Below, one piece after another: positions 50,798-64,000 of a DNA stretch of 64,000 nucleotides; the first letter of the stretch is position 1; each line of letters begins with the position of its first letter. A program made the position numbers and the translations under genes. A model generated the notes under the pieces. The model was not told the origin of the DNA and searched no databases. It saw only the letters and a program-made list of their open reading frames with translations. The stretch comes from Octopus vulgaris (Eukaryota): contig OX597815.1 in NCBI GenBank assembly GCA_951406725.2, positions 92,008,001 to 92,072,000 of the forward strand, read 5' to 3'.

Positions 50798-52249
50798 GTT
50801 GGTAACCTCTTGTTTTCACTTATTCTCTTTTCTTAGATAACTGTATATGTGTATAAATTGACGCAAGAGTGTTGCATTAAATATATTTTTGTCATTAATC
50901 TTTGTATAGTGGTTCTCAAATAACGGAAGAACTTCTGGGTGTTGTCATAGAATATGGTTTCCCTACATTACAGAAATATTGGGAATGTGAAAACAAAAGG
51001 ACAAAAATCAGTGAAGTTGTGGTCAGAAGGTTCTTCTTTCCTGCTGAAAAAAGCATACAAGATGCATGCTTTCATAATTCCAAGTAGATAGCAAAGAAAG
51101 AAGTTGAATACTTTGTTTAGAATATTCCAGGGTTCATTGTCTAAGAGTAATCATTAAGCTGCCATTTGGGATATTCATTTGATAGTGATTTGTAAAGAAT
51201 TTGGTATTTGAAGAAATGGTGCCAGAGTAGCAAAAATTGATGTGGTGACATGGTCTTTCATATATATTCAAAGTGTAGTTAGAGCAAAGCAAAAAGTATC
51301 ATTTGGGGATTTCAGATGTGGAAGATATTGGTGTAAGTCATTGAGAATGGTAAAGTTAGATGAAGACCCGCCCACATCAGCGAAACTGAGTTGTAGAAGT
51401 GCTGTATCCACCACCCACACTTAACAAGAAAATTGTATCATTGCTATCCACAAGCTTCCAACCTGCGTGTTCCACCCACTCCCTATCACACTGTATCATT
51501 ACATATGCCCAGCACTTTGCCATCATCTCTATCCTGTTCTCTCTCTCTCTCTCTCCTGCACTTCCCTCAGGTTGAGTAACCATGTATTTCCTTTGCGGCA
51601 GCACACCTGTTTCTGTCTCTCTGCCTCACTATAAACTCTCATCATCCAACACAAGATCACCTCCAATGCCCCCTTCCCTCTCAAAAGAGTTTTGTTTTTG
51701 TCTTTTTTTCTTTTCTTGCAACTACTTAGTAAACCTGTCAGTGCAGGTGCCACTTAAAAGCACCCAGTCCACACTATAAAATGGTTGGCATTTGGAAGGG
51801 CATCCAACTGTAAAAACCTTGCCAAAATTGACCTCACCTCTGCTTGTGCCTCATAAAAAGCACCAAGTCAACTCGGCTGAGTAGTTGATGTTAGGAAGGG
51901 CATCCAGCTGTAATATATATATATATATAAATAGGTGCAGGCATAGCTATGTGCTTAAGAAACTTGCTTCAAACCACATGATTTCATGTTCAGTCCTACT
52001 GTGTGGCACCTTAGGCAAGTGTTTTTTACTATAGCTCTGAGCCAACCAAAGCCTTGTGGTAGACAGAAACTGAAAGAAACCCATCATATTTGTGTTTGTG
52101 TGTGTAATCATCATCATCATTTAACATCTGTTTTCCATGCTGTCATGGGTTATACATATGTGCATGCGTGTGTGCATGCACAGGGATGTGTGTGTGTGTG
52201 TGTGTCTATCTGTACCTACTAATTATAAAATCTCAAAATTGCTCCACAG

Positions 52250-52318
52250 ATTTTGCTCACTGATGATTTTATAGAAGACATGCTACAGGATATTGAAGAA
52301 CTCTCAGATCCAGAATAT
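52250..52318 (+). CDS. SUFU: Suppressor of fused, exon 11
   Basis: cacag|ILLTDDFIEDMLQDIEELSDPEY|gtaagc; 69 nt. Confidence 0.94.
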
Positions 52319-53333
52319 GTAAGCCACCTCTGACCTTCCAATTCTAATATTAAATTCATATTTGATTAGCTGATAGATGTTGTATATTCTTGTGAATCAT
52401 AGCAGGCTGGTTTGCTCATATATTGAACTACTAGCTGAATGACAAACAATTCATATTGTAATGCTGTCATCATCCTGTGTTCATGACACCTAGACAAATT
52501 TCTTTTCTTACTAGCTCAGTCTATACAAAAGTATAAAGAGATATCATGTGATAGACATCTTATATCTATCAAGAGCAAAAGAAATGTATCATTAACTTGC
52601 AGTATGAAACTGAAGTTTACTTACAGCATAAGGCAACAAGAAGCCTCTCACCCCAGAGTTCCCAATCACTTTAATCTGTTTTGACATTGAATCCAGGCTT
52701 CAGTTGTTGCATACACGTGATACCTAGTGTTCAACAGCATATCCTGTGTTAAACTTATTACTCACAAGTGACTCTACCAGGAAGATATTTTATCCAACTA
52801 TGAGTGACTCACTATGAGGACTGCTTATTGTGTGTAGTCCATATCCAGGCTTCATTATTTTAAATCTAATTAAGGCTGATGCTCTTTGTGTACAGGAGCA
52901 AAAACACAGTGGTAATGTTACAGTTTAGCTACATGATCATTTGGTCAGTTGTCCAACACTTTATTTTCACAACCACTGTGCTTTGTAGACTTCAAACATT
53001 GGCATAAGATCACAAATTTTTAGGGAGTGGGTATATGGTTGATTAAATTAAACCCAGTACCTTAATGGTATTTATTTTATTTTATTGACCCAGCAGGGAT
53101 TTGAACTCTGAATATGAAGGAATGTAACTAAATGGCATTCTACTGATCATGCTACACACCACCATAATCGAGTTGCTGCTAAGTGGGGATGTATGTAATC
53201 TATAAGCAGCGAGTTAATATATTAACAGTATTAATTGATTAATAAACCATAAAATTTAATAATTTTATATCCTTTTTGTATCTTTTAAATCTTACCTTTT
53301 TTTGTTTCTTTTTCCCTTCCTATAAAAATTTAG

Positions 53334-53405
53334 ATGGAATGGCCAAAAACCTACGAATGGCCAAGACGGAAATTACTCATCACAATATTCCCAGATGATA
53401 TGTAA
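53334..53405 (+). CDS. SUFU: Suppressor of fused, exon 12 (terminal coding exon)
   Basis: tttag|MEWPKTYEWPRRKLLITIFPDDM* (human FKLPKEYSWPEKKLKVSILPD). The summed CDS is 1467 nt, or 488 aa plus stop. Confidence 0.92.
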   Translation: MEWPKTYEWPRRKLLITIFPDDM

Positions 53406-53604
53406 CTGCAGACAACTGAGGCAAAAAATGAAACTACCAAAATTTCAGCTCTGTTGACCAACAAACATTGGAAGTTTTTTCATTTAAATAACCAGCAAAA
53501 TAGACCCCCACTCCTTTATTTTTTCTACTCCACTCTTTTTTCAACTGTACTGATGAGATGGACTCAACATTGAGATGGTACTTTGCTAGCATCTGACATT
53601 ATAT

Positions 53605-53654
<50 letters not shown>

Positions 53655-53792
53655 TATATATATATATCTTACAATATATTGATTTTTTTCCCAATTTAAA
53701 AAAAAATTCTTAAAAATCATATTACTCCAAAACAACATGTATATGTTTCACTATGTTTGTATTCTCTGATACTGGTTTCAGATTAATATATG

Positions 53793-53825
<33 letters not shown>

Positions 53826-56569
53826 TTGCATACATATATACATACACACACACACAGATACACAAACATATTCATGACATACAAATACAGATGCATACAC
53901 ATTATATGTTATTATTGCATAATTTCCGTCCATTGTTACCCATGCTCAAAGATTGACTGCCATTGTAATCAAATTGACATGGTTACACTTTATTTCTCTA
54001 CTCTCTTCTGAGCCTGTGTCAGTTGAGTGCCAATGTTGAGATTGCTTCAGAGCACAAGTGATACATAATTATACATAATATATTAAAAATTATAAACACA
54101 AACAGACACATATATATATACATACCTATATAAATATGTCATCGGAAACATTAAGTTGAAAGTGAAATAATATCTTGTATAGCTATGTGTTGTAGATAAA
54201 TAAAAACTTTAAGAATCATCTATATATATATATAGATATATCTTTTTTTATCTCTGTGTATAATTTGCTTTACCATTAGCCCCCCTCCTTTTTCTTCTTT
54301 AATTAAGCCATACAATTTTTTTAAAAAGCAATTGAATTTGAACTCAGAACATAAAGGAACAAGCAAAATACAACATTTTAATCTATTTTCTCTACTAATA
54401 CCACCAATTAAAACAAGCCAACTGTAAGTTTGCACACAATCAACAATGGCCTTTTAAAACAATGGTTTCAAATTGTTTCAGTCTGAAAGAAAAAATTATA
54501 TAAGTTTGGTTACTACAACAGCCTTTGCTTTTCTGAACTGTTGAATACAGTTGTTGTTAACCTGGGAAGTAGTACCAGTTTGGGGACATTGTAAGCTCAC
54601 TATGGGATACTGGGTATTTAGGGGCATTGTGATTTTTATTAAAAGTAAAATATTTTACTTGGTGGCATGTAAAAAGCACCAACCGATCGTGGCCGTTGCC
54701 AGCCTCCCCTGGCACCTGTGCCGGTAGCACGTAAAAAGCACCCACTACACTCACGGAGTGGGTGGTATTAGGAAGGGCATCCAGCTGTAGAAACACTGCT
54801 AGATCAGACTGGAGCCTGGTGCAGCCTCCTGGCTTCCCAGACCCCGGTCAAACCGTCCAACTTCATGCTAGCATGAAAAACGGACGTTAAACGATGATGA
54901 TGATGATGGCTAGATCTGGCCTCTCACACCAATGCTACAATGTCATTCTAAAAATAAACAATCGCATCATTGAAATCTTGAAGCTACAAGATAATGTATC
55001 ATAAATTCAAAACAATGTGAATAAACAAACATTACATTTGACAAAGTAATCTGCATGCTAAAGGGTTAAACCAGGTTGAATACTTATATTTTAAATACAT
55101 TTTCAAAAAAAAAATCTCTATTGAGATTAAGATATAAGTAGGATATTCTGTTATCAGTGAGTAGAAAACATTACTGATGATATACCATAATCCAGATCCT
55201 TGTCTTTTTTAACCATCTAGCATTTAAACTAACTATATTCAGCCCAAATATTCTTCTTGTTTTATGTTCATACTGGTCTGGACTGGCTTCTCACACTAAC
55301 CTACAATGTCATTCTAAAAATAAACAATCACATTATCAAAATCTCAAAGCTACAAGATAATGCATGATTAATTCAAAACAATGTGAATAAATAAGGATTA
55401 CATTTGACAGTAATCTGAAAGTTAAAAGCTTAATTTTCATAAAAACTTAACAAGGAACTAGTGCAAATATCTTAAAAGAAGCACATACTGGCTGGGACAG
55501 CATATGAATAATAAATTACTGCACAAAATTAGCTTCTGTTTAATTAAAAAATTTTCTTTTCAAAGCATAGGTAGATGTAAGTTACTTTCAGTGGAAGGGA
55601 CATTGAACCACTGATTTTGTACATATTACTTCCTCCTAATCTCACTAAACATGCAATTCACTTATACACTTGCCATTCAGCTTGTGTCTCAACACTTACC
55701 AGAGTCAATACAAACCACTCATCCAATACTTGTACCCCAGAACATTAACCTTCTTGAATTCCTTCCCCACCCATGTCTTTTCTTTACAGATATTCACCAG
55801 TTTCTGTGGCAATACACAGGTAGAAAAACATGTTCCTGGTTAGGGTGTCAGCCTGTTAGTGCTAAGTTTTTCTTTTATGAGAGGAATTAAACTCATTATT
55901 GAAAGTCAACAAACCATTTGTTAAATTTTTATTGAAGTCATCTTAGAATGACACCCAACAGCTTTAGAAATTGAAAGACACTGAATAATGTAGTCCTGTT
56001 TACTGTAAAAGCTGAAATGAAAATAAAGTGAAGTAGCCCCATCTCTGCATTATTTTTATAATAATAAAATAAGAAATTTAGGTTGACTCAAATAAATGAT
56101 TGGTTGAAATTAGACCAACAAAGGACTCTTCTGTTGCTAAGATAGGATATAAGGCAAAAATGCAAAAGCATACACCTGTATTTTTCATTGGAATTCTACT
56201 AGGTATGCCAAGAACTCTAATCAAGGAGCCACATGTTTAGGTTTTAAATCTGGTTAGTATTACAACTTCTTGACCGATTATTTCATGTTCTATAGAATTT
56301 AGTCATTGAAATTCTTTAATCAAACCAGAACTGTTTATATCATGTCTTTAGATCAATAAATGAAAATAAATGTATTTAATACAAAGTCACAACAATAAAA
56401 ACATGAAAAATATCAAGAAATATGCTTTAATACATTTGGTTAACCTGCAAGAGATTACAACCAATAAATAATACTAACTTGAAAAAAAAACACATTGGAT
56501 AATACAGTCGAAGATATATTTTATAAGGAAAAAAGACAGGATGGTCACAGCCAATAAGCCTTAATCATA

Positions 56570-57795
56570 TTAGGTTGTCACGAAAGTTCTTGCTGTTTTT
56601 AACCTTTAAATTCAGATGCACATATCTCAGCTCAAACAAAACTTTATTAATTGAAATGAACATCATCAGAATCAACACACTTTTGCCAACGTGAAACAAG
56701 TTTATTTGTGCCAGTAGAGTAAAAATCCTGCGTCCTGGTGCCGATGAAGTCGTTGAAGGTGTGTTTGGCATCGTCTTGGTTTTTGAAACATTTCTCATGC
56801 AGTAAGTTGTTGAGATGCTTGAAAAGGTGATAGTTGGTAGGCAAGAGGCCTGGTGAGTATGGTGGATGAGGCAGAGTTTCGTAGCCCAATTCATTCAGCT
56901 TCTGGAGGGTCAGTTGTGCAATGTGTGGTCCTTTTCTATTGACCAATGCTGGCTGTTATTGTCGGAATTTCTTATGCATTTCATCCACTTGCTGACAGTA
57001 CTTCCCTGCCGTAATGGTTTCGCCTGGATCCAAAATGCTGTGATGGAGGAGACTGGCCACAAACCACCAAATAGTCACCACGACCTTTTGGTGCAACTTT
57101 GGCTTTGGGAAGTGCTGTGAGCTGAGCGTCGCCAGTTGTAAAGAATCCACTTTTCATCGCAAGTCACAATCCAATCAAGAAACACGGTCGTTCTTGTTGT
57201 GTAAAAGAAGGGAAAATGAAATTTCAAAACAGCATTTTTTTTTTTGGTTGTCGTTCAATTCATGCAGCACCCATTTCGCAAGTATTTTTGTTTTTCTAAT
57301 CTCTTTCAAGTGGTTCAAAATTGTCATATACATTATGTCTAATTCAGAAGCAAGCTCTCGAACAGTTGTGTGTGGATTGACTTCCACTAAGGCTCTTATT
57401 TGATCGTTGTCAGTATCCAATGGCCGACCACTATGCTTATCATCTTCAAGACTCTCATCACCGCTATGAAACTTCTTAAACCACCATTGTGCTGTATGTT
57501 CATTAGTGGTTCCTGGGCCAAACACATTGTTGATATCGCAAGCTGTTTCAGCAGCTTTTCAGCCTAGCTTGAACTGCAATAAGGAAATTGTGCAAATTTG
57601 CTTTTTGCCCATGTTGTATTCAACGTTCCAGAAAAAATGGCCTAACTATTCATAAAGAAAAGGAGTAACACAATTAGATAGAGCAAAAAATGGGCTAAAA
57701 ATATAAAGTCAAAGTAATTTAACAAAAATTAATTTGAAAATACATCATTTAAAACCAAAATTTAAAATTCTGCAAGAACTTTCTTGACAACTTAA
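56570..57795 (-). mobile_element. Full-length dead mariner (Hsmar1/cecropia-like)
   Basis: TIRs TTAGGTTGTCACGAAAGTTCTTGC / GCAAGAACTTTCTTGACAACTTAA with TA on both sides. Motifs WVLHEL, IVTCDEKW and HPPYSPGLLPTNYHLF. The second catalytic HDNA segment is deleted, and there are stops and frameshifts. Confidence 0.92.
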
Positions 57796-58189
57796 TAGAT
57801 CTGCTCAGTCAGAGCTAGCCTAATGCTAAACAGCAACAATATCAGTGCTGTCTCCTGTTTTTTCAGTTGTTTCTACAACAGCCATCCTTTCTCAGAACTG
57901 GCTAGCTGCATGATATCTTAACTCACCTAATGCATGTAGCTCTTGTCTTCCTTTGTTTCACTGGCCATTGGCTATGTGCTATCCTGCCTCCTCAGAATGT
58001 TGATTCTAAAGAAATCCTAACAGACATTCAAGCAGAACATAAACTGCATCAATCTAGCCAGTTTCTGAAGGCCCATGAAACAGCTCCTTCCTCCTTACAA
58101 AGCTGTTGAAAAAACAAACCAAAACAATATTTTAATTTGCCAGTAAAGAACTGAGTTCTTAGCTGGGAGAATATACTTTATATAAGAAA

Positions 58190-58573
58190 CTAGCAGTATC
58201 GCCCGGCGTTGCTCGGGTTTGTAAGGGAAATAACTATAAAGCATTTTTAGAGAGTTATAGCAAAAAAATAGCAAAAAAATGGAAAAAAAATGATGGTAAA
58301 TTTTTTTGAGAGTTAAAAAAAGGTGGAGTTGCGTCCCCTAGACGGTCTGTGGTTTGGGTTCCTGATTCTCGACCCCATGTCGAATTTATCGATTTTTTTC
58401 AGAACTGGGAGAACTTTTCAAAATTTTCGCTGCGTTAGTTTTGAATTATGACATTGGGCTATGTGTGTGTCAAGTTTCATCAGAATCGGTTGAAAGCCGT
58501 GGTCAGAGTGAGGGTACGAGAAAACAGACACACAGAAAACGCACAGACAAACTGCCGTTTATATATAGAGAGA
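58190..58573 (-). mobile_element. Non-autonomous Helitron
   Basis: On the minus strand A|TC...CCCGAGCAACGCCGGG hairpin...CTAG|T. This gives a 5' TC, a subterminal hairpin, a 3' CTAG and insertion between A and T with no TSD. Confidence 0.82.
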
Positions 58574-58662
58574 TTTCAGTAGTAATTTACTTTGATTAAC
58601 ATTTCTCTTGTATATTTTGTTGGTTTTTCACCACATTATTATTGATAATAATATTATTCAAG

Positions 58663-58872
58663 GGGGTGAGCTGACAGAGTTGTTAACATACTGGATGAAA
58701 TGCTTAGCAGTATTTCGCCTGTTATGTTCTGAGTTCTAATTCCACTGAAGTCAACATTGCCTTTCATCCTTTTGGGGTCGATAAATTACGTGCCAGTGAA
58801 ATTCTGGAGTCGATGTAATCAACTAGTCCCCTCTCCCAAAACTTCAGGCTTTGTGCCTATAATAGAAAGGAT
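58663..58872 (+). mobile_element. tRNA-derived SINE with Nin-like domain
   Basis: GAGTTCTAATTCC B-box-like motif and GCCTTTCATCCTTTTGGGGTCGATAAATTACGTGCCAG (Nin-domain-like). A related minus copy lies at ~41970-42110. Confidence 0.6.
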
Positions 58873-59589
58873 TATTGTTGCTGTTGTTGTTGCAGCCGCT
58901 GCTGCTCTCATAAATATTGCTCTAAGCTTTTAAGCTTTTGTTTTTTTATTATTGAAAGAATGTTTCTTTTTTTCCTTGACCCTAGCAGGTGTGTTTCAAA
59001 TAGAGATATGTAATAAAAAATCTGATATTTAAATGATGCTTTATAATCTGAGGTGCTCATTATTTTGATTTAAGTGTGTTAAGCATGGTTAGTTGAAAAG
59101 AATGAATTAGTAATATTTATCAGGATTAGCATGCAGCTATGACAACAGAATACAAACAATAAACTTGTGATCTACAAAACTACCTTCCATTCTTTACCCT
59201 TTTCCCCAGTTTTCAAACATTCTGTTGTAGATACCTGACTTGATATAATTTAATATTCTACCCACCAATGAATATCTTATCTGATGAGATGACTCACTTT
59301 AAAGACACCTGTATGTTTTTACTACAAAAATACTCCTGAAATTGAAAGAAGGAAAAAAGAATTTGTTTAGATACGTTAGTTACATGACAGCAACAAATGG
59401 GGTACTGCCTTCAAAAGTTTCAGTTAATGATGTTGACTCCAGTATTTAACTCACTATATTTTATCAATATCAGTTCTTGAACCACTAAGTTATGGCATAT
59501 TAAGCTAAAGGAACACATGTAAATGCCCACACATATATCATCATTGTCATTTAATGTCCAAGTTCCAAGCTGAGACAGATTGGACCATA

Positions 59590-60335
59590 TATCATCATCA
59601 TTTAGCAGCTGTTTTCCATGCTAGCATGGGTTAGACGGTTTGACTAGAACTCATAAACCAGAAAGCTGTACAAGTCTCCAGTCTGATTTGGCTTGGTTTC
59701 TATGGTTGGATACCCTTCCTAATGCCAACCACTCCAAGAGTGTAGTGGGTGCCTTGTCACCAGCAATATCGAAGACTATAATGTCATGTGGCTGGACATG
59801 TCTCCTCAAGCACAGCAAATTGCCAAAGATCTCAATCACTTGAAATCACCTCTGTGTGACTCAACATCCGAAGATCATGTTTCACCTCCTCGTCTCATGT
59901 CTTCCTGGATTTGCATCTTCCACTGGTTCTCTCCACAGGTACAGACTGGCACTTCTTTACACAACTGTCCATACTCATCACATGACCATACCAGCACAGA
60001 CGTCTCTCTTGCACACCACATCTGATGACTCATGCCCAATTTGTCTCTCAAGACGCTTAAACTCTGTCCTACATGCACACCGATGTTGCACATTCAGCAA
60101 AGCATACTAGCTTCATTTTTTTCAAGCTGTCTCATGTTCTCTGCAGTCACAGCCCATGTTTCACTGCTGTGTAGCATGGCTGTTTGCACACGCAATCTGC
60201 CTTCCACTCTGAGTGGGAGGCTCTTTGTTACCAAAAAAGGTAAAAGTTCTCTGAAATTACCCCAGCCTATTTTTATTCTATCAGCTATGCTCCCAGAGCA
60301 TCCTCCTCCACTGCTGACTTGGTCACCCAGATAAC
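59590..60335 (-). mobile_element. RTE 3' fragment
   Basis: Homologous to 62640-63330 (RT C-terminal region plus tail). Confidence 0.75.
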
Positions 60336-60658
60336 AATGCGTGTTGTATGTCCCTAGGTAGGCAGACTTGTCACCATTGTGACTAACAAGTTTTGAAAGA
60401 TATGTAGTTATTTGTTTTTTGGTTGTGGGTTTCTGTCTCTTTCAACATATAGAAATCACTATACAGACTTTAAATAAAAGAAGAGAAGGAGAAAAGGTTG
60501 TTGTTGAGGGGAAAAACACAGTATGGGGGGAGAGAGAGAGTGTGTGTGTGTGTGAAAGAAAGAAAGATAGATAGATAGGTATTTTGATTTAAAATGTGGG
60601 AATTTTAAATGCAAATAAATACAACAAATACAAACTTCAAAAAAATGACATGTATATA

Positions 60659-61913
60659 TTGGATCATCCCATAAATAATGCAGTTTTTTCAATTGCATGA
60701 ACTAAAAGTTGGAGGGGGACAGGCTATACTACTTGCATCAACTTGCTATAAAAGCAGGTAGTAATTTTACCTTGTGCTTATTCTTAGTGCAAGTTTTGAA
60801 GAGTGCAGTACTATTTTGACAGTTATTTTTTCAAAGCTATAATGGAAGTGACAAAGGAGTATATTCAGCATATTTTGCTTTATGAGTTCAATAAAGGCAA
60901 CAAAGCAATGGAAAGTGCGAGGAATATTAATGCAGTATATGGGGATCAGGCAATAAGCATAAGCCAGTGAAATTCCAAGCTGGAAACTACAACCCAGAAG
61001 GTAAGCTTCATCCTGGAAGATCTGTAGAGCTCAACCAGGATGTCCTGCAAACCCTGGTGCAACAAAATCCCATTGTAACTGTCAAGGAACTAGCAGAGAA
61101 GCTTAGATTTGGTTATTCAACCATTCATTGATGCCTGTATGCCATTGGAAAAGTCAGCAAATTGGGTCAATGAGTTCCTCACCAACTTTCTGAGTCTAAT
61201 CACATGCAGAGAGTGAATGTGTGGTCTTCTTTGCTGTCATGTCTCACAAATGAACCGTTTTGGGACCAAACAGTGACTGGTGATGAGAAATGTGTTCTCT
61301 ATAAAAATATCAAGTGCCAAAGACAGTGGGTAGGAAAAGAAGAAACACTGGCACCTCAGGCTGAAGAAGGTCTTCACCCACATAGGGTGTTATTATATGT
61401 TTGGTGGGATATGAAAGGTTTAGTCCACTTTGAACTTTTAAACCCAAACCAAATGATAACAAAGGTCTATTGCAAGCAGCTTAAGTCAGCGCTAGAAAAA
61501 AACCGGCCATCTTTCGTTTCAAGATGAAAGGTGTTCTTCCATCAGGATAATGCTTGGCCACATACAGCAAGGATGACATTTCAAAGGCTGGAGCAATTTG
61601 AATGGGAAATGATACCCCACCTACCATATTCGCCAGACATTGGCCCATCTGGTAATCATTTACTCTGCAGTCTTCAAAATCATTTGGACAGAAGAAATAT
61701 GAATTCTGTAGATGAGGTCAGAACAGTTCTGGAGGAGTATTTTTTGTCATAGACAAGTGAATTTTGAAGATGGGCCTTGCAAGTCTATCAAAAGATGGAA
61801 GAACATTGTAGAAAAAGGAAAGTATATTTTCGCTTAAAAAAGAACTTTGTTTATCTTAATTTTGAAAAATAAAAGAAGTGTAAAGGAACTGCATTATTTA
61901 TGGGATGACCCAA
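60659..61913 (+). mobile_element. Full-length dead mariner
   Basis: TIRs TTGGATCATCCCATAAATAATGCAGTT / AACTGCATTATTTATGGGATGACCCAA with TA flanks. MEVTKEYIQHILLYEF, TVTGDEK, FHQDNAWPH and LPYSPDIGPS, with stops and frameshifts. Confidence 0.92.
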
Positions 61914-62224
61914 TATATAATACATATAGTTATTTTTGTTTCTGTGTGTGTGTTTCTGTGTCCTTTAACATATAGACAAGGCAACACAGACTTCAATAAA
62001 AAAAAAACTATATGTAAAAGAAGATGTGACTTACCAAAAGAAACATGGCAGGGAACAATAACAAAAGACCTTAAAACCAGAGGGTTAACAATGAAACAAG
62101 CTGTCAAAGACGCTTTCAGTGTTAGGTGGAATGATCTTGCTGTCACCTGAAGTTCCACAAGGCACAATGAGAATCGAATGTAATGTAATGTAATGTAATG
62201 TATTGTGTGTGTGTGTGTATATAT

Positions 62225-63905
62225 CATCATCGGTGTTGTTTAACATCCACTTTCCATGCTGGCATGGGTTGGATGGTTTGACTGAGTACTGGCAAGCCAG
62301 AAGGCTGCACCAGGCTCCAATCTGATCTGGCAATGTTTCTACAGCTGGATGCCCTTCCTAACACCAACTGAGAGTAGTGGGTTCTTTTTATGTGCCACTA
62401 GCATGAGGGCTGGTCAGGCAGTACGGGCATCAGTCACACTTGGATGGTGCTTTTTACGTGCCACAAGCACAGGAGCCAGTCAGGCGGTACTGGCAACAAC
62501 CACGCTCAAATGGTGCTTTTTACATGCCACTGGCACTGGACTAGTCAGGCAGCACTGGTATTGACCATGCTCGAATGGTCCCTTTTACACACTACCAGCA
62601 CGGGTGCCAATCAGGTGGTACTGCCATCGGCCATGACAACAACTTCACTTGCCTCAACAAGTTTTCACAAGCACAATTTATTGCTCAATGATTAAAGGGT
62701 ACTCTTAAATGGGATGGTTATGCTGCACTGGCATAGGCCACAGTTACAGTCTCACTTGGCTTGCCGGATCTTCTAAAGCACAGCATATCTCCAAAGGTCT
62801 CAGTCACTTGTCATCGCTGCAGTGAGGCCCAACATTGAAGGTCGTGCTTCAACACCTCATCCCAGGTCTTCCTGGATCTGCCTCTTCCACAGGATCCCCC
62901 AACTGCTAGGTTGTGACACTTTTTTACACAGCTGTCCTCATCCATACACAACACATGACCATACCAGTGCAGTTGTCTCTCTTGCACACCACATATGATG
63001 CTTCTTAAGTCCAACTTTTCTCTCAGGGCGCTTACACTCTGTCATGTATGCACACTGACATTACATATCCAGTGGAGCATACTAGCTTCATTCCTTGCAA
63101 GCTTCCATATGTCCTCAGCAGTCATGGCCCTTGTTTCACTGCTATGTAGCATGGCTATTTGTACACATGCATCATACAGGCTAACTTTTACTCTGAGAGA
63201 GAGGCTCTTTGTCACCAGCAGAGGTAGGAGCTCTCTGAAATTTGCCCAGGCTATTCTTATTCCAGCAGCTACACTCTCAGAGCAACCACCCCTGCTACTA
63301 ACTTGGTCACCTAGGTAATGGAAGCTATCAACTACTTGTAGTTTTCTCCCTGCACTGTAACAGGAGCTGTTTTCTGCACATTTTTAATGTTTATTGCCCC
63401 TGAGCATTTGCCACATACAAAAACTGTCTTCTCAGTTAATCTTCCTTTGATATTGCTGCACCTCTTATGTGTTCATAGCTTACACTGGGTACATCTTATA
63501 GAGTTTCTATCTACACCTTTTCTACATATCGAGCAGGGCCATCTTCCTGAAGGGATTTGTGGTTTGTCTGCCTTACTTATTAAGACTTTGGTTTTTGCTA
63601 GATTGACTCTATGGCCCTTCGATTCTAGACCTTGCTTACACATCTGAAACTTCTCCTCTACTTCTGATAGTGACTCAGCTATTAGAGCAAGGTCTTCAGC
63701 ATAGAGAAGTTCCCATGGGCATCCTGTCTTGAATTCCTCTGTTATTGCCTGGAGGACTATGATGAATAAGAGGGGTCTGAGGACTGATCCTTGGTAGACA
63801 CCTACTCCTACTCGGAATTCTTCACTGTACTCATTGCCAACCCTCACCTTACTGACAGCATCCCTGTACATGGCTTGTACAGCTCTCACTAACTACTCAT
63901 TTATC
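62225..63905 (-). mobile_element. RTE LINE 3' half (RT C-terminal region, 3' UTR, tail)
   Basis: GVYQGSVLRPLLFIIVLQ, ELLYAEDLALIAES, RVNLAKTK, WPCSICRKG and LHWYGHV...GRGRSRKTW, followed by the tandem-unit 3' UTR. Confidence 0.9.
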
Positions 63906-64000
63906 CCGTATACATTTCTATTCTACTTTAAACTTTAATCTCCATATTTTATGTAATTCTAAACTACTTCTTAATCCCACTCATTATCAAATACCCATAA

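Noticed and set aside
56570-57795. Possible domesticated SETMAR-like gene
   Set aside because: It has TIRs and TA TSDs, stops and frameshifts, a deleted catalytic segment and no SET domain; it is a dead transposon.

Overview
AT-rich, repeat-dense animal genomic DNA. The SINE/RTE/mariner repertoire looks cephalopod (Octopus-like); that assignment is inference. The main gene is a complete 12-exon Suppressor of fused (SUFU) on the + strand (CDS 12371-53405, 488 aa when spliced by hand, GT-AG introns with consistent phases, ~25 kb first intron). There is also an apparently functional U6 snRNA gene (3596-3702) with a TATA box at -30 and an oligo-T terminator. The rest is mostly transposon debris: a decayed hAT element, two full-length dead mariners, mariner/maT fragments, RTE and CR1 LINE fragments, a Penelope GIY-YIG fragment, gypsy-like remnants, tRNA-derived SINEs, MITEs, a non-autonomous Helitron and microsatellites. 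The most interesting signal is a family of hammerhead-ribozyme motifs in SUFU intron 1. One is structurally complete and in the sense orientation (17030-17079), inside a highly structured ~330-nt segment. Several decayed copies are also present, one in a 344-bp unit bounded by direct repeats (retrozyme-like) and one downstream of the Penelope endonuclease. All coordinates were read by eye; repeat boundaries are approximate.
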